A stretch of DNA of 64,000 bases from Salinispira sp. (GTDB taxonomy: Bacteria > Spirochaetota > Spirochaetia > DSM-27196 > Salinispiraceae): positions 228,528-292,527 of the forward strand of contig CBDDDG010000022.1 in assembly GCA_965226555.1 (NCBI GenBank), read 5' to 3'. The first letter of the stretch is position 1. The number at the start of each line of letters is the position of its first letter. The position numbers and the translations under genes were made by a program. A model generated the notes under the pieces. That model had not been told where the DNA came from. It worked only from the letters and a program-made list of their open reading frames with translations, and did no database searches. Below, piece by piece: positions 21,055 to 30,732 of this stretch.

Positions 21055-23501
21055 ATGATGTTTAATCTTTTTAATCCACTACGAAAGTTATGGGGGGGGG
21101 GACGTCCTCTGTATTGATTATAATGAGCGTGGTGCTCGTTGCCGTGCTTGCCGGATGTCCAATGCCGGAACCAAGCCCTGAACCCGAGCCAATGACGGAA
21201 CCCGATCCAATGCTGCCGGGCACCATGGCTGCTCCAAGCCTTGGAGTGGGGAATAGTCAACTAAGGGTTAACTGGACTCCGCCGGAAGATAAGGGCAGCA
21301 GCGAAATTACCGCGTATGAACTTCGCCATAGCGATGACGGCGGGAGCAACTGGTCGGAGGACATTACTACAGCCGACGCGCCAGCCACAGAAACCATTAT
21401 CACGAACCTGACAAACGGCACCCCCTACGTCGCGCAGGTGCGCGCTGTCAACGCGCAGGGTGCGGGAAACTGGTCGGAATCGAGCATGGAAGCAACACCT
21501 ATTGCCGCCGTTCCCACGGAGCCGAATGGGTTCATGCTTGCAGTGAGTATGCAAACAATTACCGCGTCATGGACTGCGCCGACCGATACTGGCGACAGCG
21601 CCATTATTCGCTATGAACTGCAACATCACGAAGTTGGAGCAGGCGAGTGGGAAAATCCCGTTTCTATTGCTGTGAATGCCGACCCCAACCACACCTACAC
21701 CCACCCCATCATGGAACTGACAAACGGCACCGAGTACGAGGTGCGGGTCTACGCTGTCAATGAAGAGGGCAATGGTAACTCAGCGACTGGCACCGCAACC
21801 CCTATTGGGCCTCCTTACGCGCCAAATACACCTACGCTCACAGCCGGAAACACCGAACTTGTTGTTGAATGGACAGCGCCCAATGACGGAGGCAGCGCCA
21901 TTACCGGGTATGAACTGGAATATAAGCTGAACTCTGGCGACTGGAATACTCCTGCCGATGTTACTCAGCGAACAACTGATGCCGATACCACCACCGATAC
22001 CATTACCGGGCTGACAAACGGTACCACCTACAATGTGCAGGTGCGCGCCGTCAACACGCAGGGTGAAAGCGAATGGTCGGCATCTGCCGCTCTAACCCTT
22101 CCTACCAAGCCCAGCGCGATGAATGCTCCCACGCTCACAGGCGGAAATGCCCAGATCACCGCGACATGGACAGCGCCGACCGATACTGGCGGCAGCTCCA
22201 TTACCGCGTACCATGTGCAGCACAGAACAAACGCCGCTGGCACATGGTCAACGACCGATACCGATAACATCGCCACTATTACTGACGGTACTGCCACAAG
22301 CCACCCCATTACCGGGCTGACAAACGGTACCTCCTACGATGTACGGGTGCGCGCTGTCAATGCTCAGGGCACTGGCGACTGGTCTACATCCGCAACGGGA
22401 ACAACGAAAATTTCTGCGGCGCAGGCTACTCCTTCGGGTACGGCAGCGACGGTAAGCCTTTCGGCTGCCTCTAATGCCATTATTACCGCTCAGAGCCCAA
22501 CCGTTGCTTTGATCACCGTGGAACCGGGCACTCTCGCTGTTAGTGCATCAGGAGACATTACGGTCACCGCCGCAACTGCGCCCGATGGGGTTACCGTTCC
22601 GACAGTTGATTCGGGTACCGGAGATGTTTCGGTTGCTACAGGTACAACGGCAGGAACATATCTGGTATACGGCAGCAAAGCCGGAAACATACTGTTTGCC
22701 GAGTATTTCTATGTTACCGTGAGTCCTGCTGATAACACTGAACTGGACACAGCGGTAACTGCGGGAATAACAACCTGGGGCAATACTGCCGATCTCAACT
22801 ACATTGTTACCACGGTAGTAACGGATATGTCCAATGTGTTTATTAGTAGCGCATTCAATGGCGATATCTCCGGCTGGGATACCGGCGCGGCAACGAGTAT
22901 GTATAGGATGTTCGGTGGAGCAACTGTATTCAATGGCGATATCTCGGGCTGGGATGTCAGTAAGGTAACGAATATGTTCCAGATGTTCTATCAGGCAAGC
23001 GCATTCAATGGCGATATCTCGGGCTGGAATGTCAGCGCGGTAACGACTATGAGCGATATTTTCAATGAAGCAAGCGCATTCAATGCCGATATCTCCGGCT
23101 GGAATGTCAGTAAGGTAACGCATATGAACCAGATGTTCCTGTCTGCAAGTAACTTTAATGGCAATATTTCGGGCTGGGATGTCAGTTCGGTAACGAGTAT
23201 GTCCGCTATGTTCAATGGAGCAAGCGCATTCAATCAGAATATTTCCGGCTGGGATGTCAGTAAGGTAACGAATATGTCCACGATGTTCCGTGGAGCAAGC
23301 GCATTCAATGCCGATATCTCCGGCTGGGATGTCAGTAAGGTAACGAATATGCAAAGTATGTTCAATTCAGCAACCGCATTCAATCAAGATCTTGAGGAGT
23401 GGAAGGATCATTGGACGCTCGATGCCGCTGGAAAATATACCGGAACCAAAACAAATATGTTTACGGATTCCGGCGTAACAACGCCGCCATCATGGTATTA
23501 G
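21055..23501 (+). CDS. Surface lipoprotein with four fibronectin type III domains and BspA/DUF285-type repeats; frameshifted at a G10 tract in the signal-peptide region
   Basis: SD aaggag plus ATG 21055 is out of frame with ORF 21090-23501 across G10 (21092-21101); lipobox LAGC; WTxP...LTNGTxYxVxVRAVN x4; FNxDISGWDVS repeats. Confidence 0.85.
22850..23400 (+). repeat. 75-bp (25-aa) tandem BspA/DUF285 repeats, about 7.5 copies
   Basis: gcattcaatg(g/c)cgatatctc.ggctgggatgtcagtaaggtaacg recurs every 75 bp. Confidence 0.9.
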
Positions 23502-23559
23502 GAGCAGTTTCATAGCCCACAGCGGCTAATTGAAACATTGCAATTCAACTCAGGCAGGC

Positions 23560-23750
23560 GCGGGGCTGGTCGGCGCTCCGTGCCTGCCTTTTTTCGATCA
23601 AGACGGCTGGTCGGCAGCGGCGTCTCCTGCTCGCAATGCGACTGTTGCTGAGACGATGGGCTGCTCGCTCTTGCCCTCATGTCGCCCGGCTCGCCATGCG
23701 ACTGTTGCTGAGACGGTGGGCTGGTCGGCGCTGCTCGCCCATGCGTCCGT
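23560..23750 (+). mobile_element. Scrambled, partly duplicated remnants of an IS transposase 5' region
   Basis: ttcgatcaag.cggctggtcggc...cctgctcgc.atgcg matches 37574-37621; a 60-bp-period duplication is present. Confidence 0.55.
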
Positions 23751-23753
23751 CAG

Positions 23754-23844
23754 GAATGCTTTCTTTGTTCTTAGCATTCTCCTATTTTATAGAAGTTTTG
23801 CCTTGGAAAATTGTGCAAGCACAATTTTCCAAGGCAAAACTTTG
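23754..23844 (+). mobile_element. Left-truncated hairpin element (MITE-like) with a perfect 24-bp stem
   Basis: Spacer resembles 27088-27124; palindrome at 23793-23842. Confidence 0.75.
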
Positions 23845-23874
23845 TACCATTCATATTTTACCCGTCTATATGGT

Positions 23875-24027
23875 ATGAGCAAAAAGTATAGTGGCATGGT
23901 ACATGACAAAAGCTGGAAATATGTTTTCGGGAATGCTCAGATATTCAGAAACTTCACATACTCCTACTTCAATAAGGAACTCGCGCTGAGCATTGTCCCC
24001 GGGATCGTGCGTCAATACACCCTATAA
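23875..24027 (+). pseudogene. N-terminal fragment of an Rpn/YhgA-like nuclease
   Basis: MSKKYSGMVHDKSWKYVF resembles the Rpn HDxxFKxxF start; the ORF ends after 50 aa. Confidence 0.5.
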
Positions 24028-24414
24028 TACAGGGCGAATTCAACCATACGCTCACCCCCATTCCCGACTCCCCGAAAAAAATTCACAACATTCTTTCAAC
24101 ATTCTTTCAAAATACATAGTCAAAAATGACTTTTTACCCGTTATGGATATAGGAGGAATAATATGAAAAAATCATCCCACAGGACAGGCCATATCCACGA
24201 CATAGCCTTCAAGATCGCCTACTACAGAACCCCCCGTATGATTTTCGACCTGCTGCGGCTGTTCTGTGAGGATACGACTCTTGCCAAGCTGGACATGGAC
24301 AAAATCCGCATTGAAACCCCCAGCTACATTGCAGGAAAAAAGAACCTTCACTGCGATCTCGTTGTCAGCGCTCCCTTCCTGTCAGACCCCGACCGGAAGG
24401 CCCTATTTATTATT

Positions 24415-24538
24415 GAAAATTTTGCTCCGCAAAATTTTCAAATAAGGATTCTCTCATCTATACTCTTGATTCTCTCACGGTATAGAAAGTTTTGCCTTGG
24501 AAAATTGTGCAAGCACAATTTCCAGTAGCAAAACTTTT
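24415..24538 (+). mobile_element. 124-bp hairpin-ended element
   Basis: Flanked by ttatt/gtatt; terminal hairpins; its spacer is the reverse complement of the spacer in 24876-24973. Confidence 0.8.
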
Positions 24539-24875
24539 GTATTGAACACAAAAGCTACCAGCACAAACATGCTCTCACTCAAATCGATAACTATCAATAT
24601 GCCCTCAGAAACAGCAATGTGTACAATGAAAATGATGCTATCTATATACTGCTGCTCTACCATGGAAAAAATGAATGGAACCTCCCACTCACATTTTACA
24701 GTTCGCATGGAAATGCTGCTTCCGAATCTATGACTGAAGGCACGGTAGATGTCAGGGTGAGCGTATCGTACATTGTGCGCGATCTTAGGCGAATGACAAA
24801 GAAGCAGTTGGCATGGCGTTCCGATGAAAAACGATATACATCGACTGCATTGTGGTATATAATGCGAGATAATAA

Positions 24876-24973
24876 CAAAGTTTTTCCTTTAGGAAAAACT
24901 TTCTATACCTTGAGAGAATCAAGAGTATAGATGAGAGAATCCTCATTTGAAAATTGTGCAGAGCACAATTTTC
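24876..24973 (-). mobile_element. 98-bp hairpin-ended element, opposite orientation
   Basis: Flanked by aataa/agtga; 98+5 bp accounts exactly for the observed +1 frameshift. Confidence 0.8.
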
Positions 24974-25401
24974 AGTGAAATGAACGATGAGGGGCTGAAA
25001 GAGATTGCGCAGCTCCTGAACGGTCTGTCTTCACAAGACTTTACTGATCTAGCAGAGAGTGTGCTAGGTTATATCAAAGATCTAGATCCAAAACTGTATG
25101 AACAGTTTGAGAAAATTGACAGGGAACTGTTCCCTGAAGGAGAAAACAGTATGCGGACATATAACATAACCAACGCCTTCGTCAGAGAAGGCATTGCGAA
25201 GGGCATTCTGAAAGGAATGGAGAAAGGCATTGCAAAAGGAATGGAGAAAGGCATTCTGAAAGGCCGGGTTGAGGGGCATATTGAGGAGCGGAGAAAAAAC
25301 GCCCGCAGTATGTTTTCCAAAGGATTTTCAGCCCATGACATTCAGGATGTTACCGGGCTGAGCGATGAGGAAATGCGGACAGTGCGGAACGGATCGCATT
25401 A

Positions 25402-25530
25402 TTCTTTTTTTACCGAAGATCCTCATCGCCCTAAGGGCATAACGGTTCAGAGCGATAACGGGGCGAAGTTCATCGTTCGGCATCTGAGTAAGACCCGAAA
25501 GTAGGGGGCAGCTCAAAGGTTTATTTCCCA
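25402..25530 (+). mobile_element. IS481-like transposase core remnant plus right terminal inverted repeat
   Basis: Encodes ITVQSDNGAKFI (DDE second-Asp motif) and ends gggggcagctcaaaggtttatttccca. Confidence 0.65.
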
Positions 25531-25584
25531 GTACTTTAATATTTATACCATCATATGACCGCTATGAATGTGAAATCAAATAAG

Positions 25585-25658
25585 CGCGTCCAGCACGATT
25601 CGAACGTGCGACCTACGGCTTAGAAGGCCGTTGCTCTATCCGGCTGAGCTATGGACGC
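25585..25658 (-). tRNA. tRNA-Arg(TCT)
   Basis: Reverse complement folds as a cloverleaf: acceptor gcgtcca/tggacgc, anticodon loop cttctaa, T-loop ttcgaat; CCA not encoded. Confidence 0.95.
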
Positions 25659-25665
25659 AATAAAG

Positions 25666-25738
25666 TCGGGATGACTGGACTCGAACCAGCGATCTTCTGC
25701 TCCCAAAGCAGACGCCTTAGCCACTAGGCTACATCCCG
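25666..25738 (-). tRNA. tRNA-Pro(TGG)
   Basis: Acceptor cgggatg/catcccg, anticodon loop tttggga, T-loop ttcgagt. Confidence 0.95.
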
Positions 25739-25781
25739 AAAAAATTGAGAAACTTTTTACATTTTACAATGCTTTGTCATT

Positions 25782-25836
25782 GAAACTTTTGCCTTGGAAA
25801 ATTGTGCAAGCACAATTTTCCAGTAGCAAAACTTTA
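25782..25836 (+). mobile_element. 55-bp nested-hairpin element with perfect 5-bp direct repeats
   Basis: tcatt|gaaacttttgccttggaaaattgtgcaagcacaattttccagtagcaaaacttta|tcatt. Confidence 0.8.
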
Positions 25837-25927
25837 TCATTAAATATAACAGAAAATTTGTACGTGTACATCCCCCCTCACAATATTCCCCAATGAAACC
25901 TCCAGTGAAATAGAACGTGCCCAAAGG

Positions 25928-26283
25928 TTATGCAAAAGTTTCAATGGTTATCTGGAAGAGCAGAATATGAACGGCGGTACCGCCTGTTATGCTCAGCAGA
26001 ACATTTCGGAATGCGAGATGAAGTATGACAACCACCGCAAGTGAGGGGAGCTGTATAGTCAGTTGGACGGGGTCTTGCCAGGGAAGGGCGGTGAAAAGGA
26101 GTACCATCATTACCGCGCCCGGAATGAGCCGGGCGGACTCAAGGAGTTTTTCAGGTATTCTGAATCTGCTCCAGCGGGCTGAAAGATATATGAGAATAAA
26201 GGGAAGGCGCGGGTGAACTGCGTTGCGAGGGTCATGAGGGCGATGGCTGCGATGAGGGGAGGGGTGCTGATGATTTCAGGCAT
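25928..26283 (-). pseudogene. azlD: AzlD branched-chain amino acid exporter small subunit, frameshifted near 26200
   Basis: TQFTRAFP, followed in another frame by LIPGAVMMVLL...HLAFRNVLLSITGGT. Confidence 0.75.
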
Positions 26284-27034
26284 TGTCTGCCTCCCGTTTT
26301 TTGCCTGCGGTATGCAATTTGAGAAAGCAGCAGCCCGCGGCGCTGCCGATAATGCCCAGAAGCAGGGATTGATTACCCAACTGCAGGAAATACAGTGCGG
26401 TGCATACCCCGAGGGCAATGAGAAAGGGGGCAGGGCGCTTAAGGGCATGTATCTGTTCAATGAGTAAAACGGCGAACAGGGCAGTCATGGCAAATTCGAG
26501 TCCCGGAATGGGCGGAGCAATGACCGTTCCGCCAATTGCCCCGATCGTGCTGCCCGTTACCCAATATGACTGATTGAGCAGAGTCACAAAAAAGTCGAAG
26601 CGCCCGGGATCAGCTCCCTCCGGCGGATTGTTGCTGGTGAGCAGGCCGTAGGTTTCATCAGTAAGACCGAATATGAGATAGGGCCGAAATTTGCGAAACT
26701 GCGAAAAGCGCTCCAGCAGGGAAAATCCGTAGACAATGTGGCGGGCATTAATGAGCAGAACCGCCAGCCCCATTTCCAAAGGCGCCTTTTCTGCGGTAAT
26801 CATGCCGATGGCAGCGAACTGCGCGGCGCCCGCGAAAATGCTCAGGCTCATTACCGGCGCCCATATCCACGGAAGACCTGCCTTTGCGAGGAGAAATCCG
26901 AAGGCAAATCCAATCGGAACATAGGCAAAAAGAACGGGCAGCGAACAGCGAAGCGCCGCCCTGAAAGCCCCGCTCCCCCGGGGTTCCCCGCACGGTGAAA
27001 GCTTTTCGGCTTTTTTGGATTCTTGCTCATTCAT
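26276..27034 (-). CDS. azlC: AzlC branched-chain amino acid exporter permease
   Basis: FAGAAQF, LINARH, FGLTDETYG and YWVTGS. Confidence 0.92.
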   Translation of the reverse strand: MNEQESKKAEKLSPCGEPRGSGAFRAALRCSLPVLFAYVPIGFAFGFLLAKAGLPWIWAPVMSLSIFAGAAQFAAIGMITAEKAPLEMGLAVLLINARHIVYGFSLLERFSQFRKFRPYLIFGLTDETYGLLTSNNPPEGADPGRFDFFVTLLNQSYWVTGSTIGAIGGTVIAPPIPGLEFAMTALFAVLLIEQIHALKRPAPFLIALGVCTALYFLQLGNQSLLLGIIGSAAGCCFLKLHTAGKKREADNA

Positions 27035-27053
27035 GCGAAAATAATATCGCATA

Positions 27054-27151
27054 GAAACTTTTGCATAAAGCAAAAGTTTCACATTTTGAATGACTCTCTG
27101 TGCTTAGCATTCTCGCATTTTGTAGAAAGTTTTGCATTCTGCAAAACTTTG
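27054..27151 (+). mobile_element. 98-bp two-hairpin element with perfect 5-bp target duplication
   Basis: gcata|gaaacttttgc..gcaaaagtttc-spacer-gaaagttttgca.ttc.tgcaaaactttg|gcata. Confidence 0.85.
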
Positions 27152-27294
27152 GCATAGTTCACCTTTTGAGTAGTACAGGGAGAAGGCGGGATATCAAATG
27201 TTTATTTGCCACTATTTGTGCTTTACGCGCTTTACACTGTTTCTGACCTATGCTACACTCATTTTAATATTTTCATTTTTTAAGGAGAAATTAC

Positions 27295-28407
27295 ATGCGA
27301 AAAATTATTTTTGCGTTTTTAATTGCTTTTATTATTCCGTCTGTTGTATTTGCGGGCGGGACTTCAGAAAGCATCAAAATTGGGGTATCGGGTCCCTATA
27401 CTGGCGACTTGGCATCCTTCGGCATTCCCGCCTCCAAGGCTGCGGAATTGGTAATTGCAGACTGGAATGAACGGGGTGGTCTTCTCGGTCGGGAAATAGA
27501 GATTGTTGTTGAGGACGATGTCTGTGATCCCAAGGTCAGTCCCGATGTTGCGACCAAGCTTGTCGGGGAAGGTGTTGTGGCGGTTGTCGGGCATATTTGT
27601 TCAGGAGCGACAGAAGCTGCTCTCGGAATTTACCGGGACTCGAACATCGTTGCTATTTCGCCCTCGGCGACAAATCCGCCTCTGACCAAGAGCGGAGACT
27701 ATCCGAACTTCTTCCGGACAATTGCCCCTGATGATGCGCAGGCGCGGCTCGAAATCGACTTTGCCAAAGGCCTCGGAGTTCGCCGTCTTGCCATACTTCA
27801 CGACCGGCAGTCCTACGGAAAGGGGCTTGCGGAGTTTGCGAAGAGTTTTGCCGATGCGGACTCGTCCATTGAAGTTGTGCTCTTTGAGGGTATTCAGGCC
27901 GATGCCATAGATTACTCGGCAATTCTCAACAAGGTTGCAAACAGTAATGTCGATGCCATTCTCTATGGCGGATATCATCCAGAGGCATCCAAATTGGTCA
28001 CCCAGATGAATGAGAAGGGAATGGATCAGATATTCATTTCTGGCGATGGTGTGAAGGATGATACCTTCATTCAGATTGCCGGCGTGAATGCCGAGGGTGC
28101 CTATGCCTCGGGTCCGAACGATACTACCAGTGATCCCATTGCCGTAAAGGCGTTTCAGGATCATATTGATGCATTCGGCGAAGATCCCGGCACCTTCTTT
28201 TACAATGCCTACGCGGCAACAGAAGCACTGCTTCAGGCAATTGAACGGGCAGGAAGTACCGACTACGAAGCAATTCGCAGCGCTCTTCAGTCTGACTATG
28301 TGGCAACCAGCCTCGGTAATATCTCCTTTGACAGCAAGGGAGATGCCATAGGTGTCGGTTTTACCATGTTTCAGGTACAGAACGGGCAGTACGTACCGGT
28401 ACAGTAA
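27295..28407 (+). CDS. livK: Branched-chain amino acid ABC transporter substrate-binding protein
   Basis: IKIGVSGPYTG, DDVCDP, VVGHICSG, SPSATNP and FFRT. Confidence 0.92.
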   Translation: MRKIIFAFLIAFIIPSVVFAGGTSESIKIGVSGPYTGDLASFGIPASKAAELVIADWNERGGLLGREIEIVVEDDVCDPKVSPDVATKLVGEGVVAVVGHICSGATEAALGIYRDSNIVAISPSATNPPLTKSGDYPNFFRTIAPDDAQARLEIDFAKGLGVRRLAILHDRQSYGKGLAEFAKSFADADSSIEVVLFEGIQADAIDYSAILNKVANSNVDAILYGGYHPEASKLVTQMNEKGMDQIFISGDGVKDDTFIQIAGVNAEGAYASGPNDTTSDPIAVKAFQDHIDAFGEDPGTFFYNAYAATEALLQAIERAGSTDYEAIRSALQSDYVATSLGNISFDSKGDAIGVGFTMFQVQNGQYVPVQ

Positions 28408-28419
28408 GGCAATTTCAGT

Positions 28420-28447
28420 AAAACAGGGTGGTAATCCGCCCTGTTTT
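28420..28447 (+). terminator. Hairpin after livK
   Basis: aaaacagggtgg-taat-ccgccctgtttt. Confidence 0.65.
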
Positions 28448-28461
28448 CATTCACGGGCGCC

Positions 28462-29364
28462 ATGGAGTATTTTCTTAACCTTCTCATAAGCGGTCTGACC
28501 CGCGGCAGTATTTATGCGCTCATTGCCCTAGGGTATACCATGGTCTATGGTATTGTTCAGCTCATTAATTTTGCCCATGGTGAAATATACATGATCGGGG
28601 CCTTTGTTGCCCTCATTTTTTCTTCTCTTTTTACATATCTTGGAATGCCTGCTTGGAGCATCTTTTTTCTTGCTTCGGTGCTGGCTATTGTGTTTTCGGC
28701 TGCCTACGGTATTACTGTGGAGAAAATTGCGTATCGTCCGCTGCGGAATGCTCCGCGGCTTTCGTCTCTCATTAGCGCCATTGGCATGTCCATTTTTCTT
28801 CAGAATTATGTTCTCCTCGTGCAGACGGAGAAATTTCTGGCCTTTCCGCTGCTCATTTCGAACTTCTCTTCCTCCGAAACATTCGGCGGACTTCTGAGCT
28901 CCCGTCAGCTCGTTATTTTTGTTGTTACTGCCCTCATTATGATCGCTCTCACCATTCTCATCCGCTTCACCCGCACCGGCAAGGCAATGCGGGCGACTGC
29001 CGCCGATCAGACAATGGCGCGGCTGCTGGGCATAAATATTGACCGCATTATCTCATGTACCTTTGTTATTGGTTCGGTAACAGCCGCTATGGGCGGGGTA
29101 CTCATTGCCATTTACTCAGGGCAGATCAATTACAAAATAGGCTTTCTCGCGGGCATTAAGGCCTTTGTCGCCGCAGTCCTCGGCGGAATTGGTTCCATTC
29201 CCGGCGCAGTGCTGGGGAGTTTTATTCTCGGTATTTCCGAGAGTTTCGGCGCTGGGTATATTTCATCGGATTATGAAGATGTTTTTGCCTTTCTCATTCT
29301 GATAATTGTGCTGACGCTGCGTCCATCTGGTATTCTCGGCTCGGCGGATCAGCAGAAGGTGTAA
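28462..29364 (+). CDS. livH: Branched-chain amino acid ABC permease
   Basis: GSIYALIALGYTMVYG, INFAHGE and VLGGIGSIPGA. Confidence 0.95.
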   Translation: MEYFLNLLISGLTRGSIYALIALGYTMVYGIVQLINFAHGEIYMIGAFVALIFSSLFTYLGMPAWSIFFLASVLAIVFSAAYGITVEKIAYRPLRNAPRLSSLISAIGMSIFLQNYVLLVQTEKFLAFPLLISNFSSSETFGGLLSSRQLVIFVVTALIMIALTILIRFTRTGKAMRATAADQTMARLLGINIDRIISCTFVIGSVTAAMGGVLIAIYSGQINYKIGFLAGIKAFVAAVLGGIGSIPGAVLGSFILGISESFGAGYISSDYEDVFAFLILIIVLTLRPSGILGSADQQKV

Positions 29365-29369
29365 ATAGT

Positions 29370-30732
29370 ATGTCAACAATTCATGGAAACACGTATTCAT
29401 CCAAACCCGGGCTGGAGGCGCGGGCGCTGTCTTGGCAGGACCTGCGGAGGGCCCTGCGCAGAGCGCTGAAAACCACGCTGTGGACGGTGATCATTACCTT
29501 TCCTTTTATCGTACTAAAGGATGATACTGTCAATAATGAAATAACGTGGCGCTGGAGCGGTTTGCTGCTCATGGCGGTGGGGGGGCTTTAGTCTCACCCT
29601 GCTCTGGTATGTTTTTCGGGAATGGAGGGGAGTGAGCGGCAGGGAATTTCGCCTTCCTCCCCTGTTTGAGCGGGCAGGAACCGAGCAGAATGCGCGGCGA
29701 AAAACGGCCATGGTCATTCTGGTCGTTTTTATGCTGGCCTATCCTTTTCTGTTCAATTTGTACAATACGAGCATTATGATTACCGCGCTCATTTACGTTA
29801 TTCTTGGTTTGGGTTTGAACATCATTATTGGGTGGGGTGGGCTTCTCAACCTCGGCTATGCCGCGTTTTTCAGCGCGGGCGCCTATACCTATGCCCTGCT
29901 GTATAAGTACGCAGGCATCGGGTTTTGGCTTGCCCTTCCCTTGGGTGGGCTTGTTGCGGCGATTCTCGGGGTGCTTGTGAGTTTTCCGGTGCTCCGGCTC
30001 CGCGGCGACTATTTGGCCATTGTTACTCTTGGTTTTGGGGAAATTATTCGTCTTGTTCTCAATAATGCCGGTGAAGTGACCGGCGGACCCGATGGTATTT
30101 CTCAAATTCCCCGTCCGGATATTTTCGGGCAGGCACTCGCTCTCAGACCTGCCTTCATTCTCACCTATTTTGCCGCCTTTCTGGCAACGGTATTGACTAT
30201 TTGGATTATGAGGAGAATAGAGAACAGCCGCTGGGGAAGGGCCTGGGAGGCGATGCGTGAAGATGAAATTGCGGCGCGGGCCATGGGGGTCAACATTACC
30301 AGAGCAAAATTGACGACCTTCGCATTGGGGAGTTTTTTTGCGGGTATTGCCGGGGTTATTCTGGCGGCCAAGACAACGAAGGTAACCCCCGACAGTTTCG
30401 GCCTTCTGGAGTCGTTCATTGTTCTTTGCATTGTTGTGCTGGGGGGTATGGGTTCCATTCCCGGAGTTGTTATTGGGGCGCTCATTCTCAAATTACTTCC
30501 TGAATACTTCAGGGCCTTCAGTTCCTACCGAATGCTTGTGTTCGGACTGGTGCTTGTGATCATGATGGTCTTCAAGCCCGATGGTCTCATTCCGAAAGTC
30601 CGCAATGTGTTCAGAATTCAGGGAACTCATAAATCTCCTGCGCCTGCGCCCACTCCTGCGTCCGATCCGGCTCCTGCTCCTGATCCCGATCCCGCAATCA
30701 AAGCAGCCGACAGGGGAGAAAAAAAGCAATGA
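29370..30732 (+). pseudogene. livM: Branched-chain amino acid ABC permease with an extra G in a G7 run (29579-29585); may be an assembly error
   Basis: The two ORFs join if G7 becomes G6; motifs LRLRGDYLAIVTLGFGEI and VVLGGMGS. Confidence 0.8.

Larger units (their letters stand above)
24163..25504 (+). pseudogene. Rpn (recombination-promoting nuclease, PD-(D/E)XK) gene interrupted by two hairpin elements; C-terminal nested ORF 25151-25504 intact
   Basis: HDIAFK, LHCDLVV, FIIE|HKS, LLYHG and KGMEKG repeats; removing 24415-24543 and 24876-24978 restores a single frame. Confidence 0.85.

Noticed and set aside
22850..23400. 75-bp repeats as a DGR template/variable pair
   Set aside because: Ordinary in-frame BspA/DUF285 repeats with no non-coding template copy.
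23530..23878. ORFs of 165 and 80 aa
   Set aside because: They read through IS debris and a hairpin element; only the Rpn-like part from 23875 looks genuine.
24415..24543. In-frame 129-bp insertion as an intein or intron
   Set aside because: It contains an in-frame TAG, lacks intein or intron signatures, and related copies are intergenic.
25585..25658. tRNA-Arg as an attachment site of a prophage or ICE
   Set aside because: No duplicated tRNA 3' end, integrase or phage genes were seen in the window.
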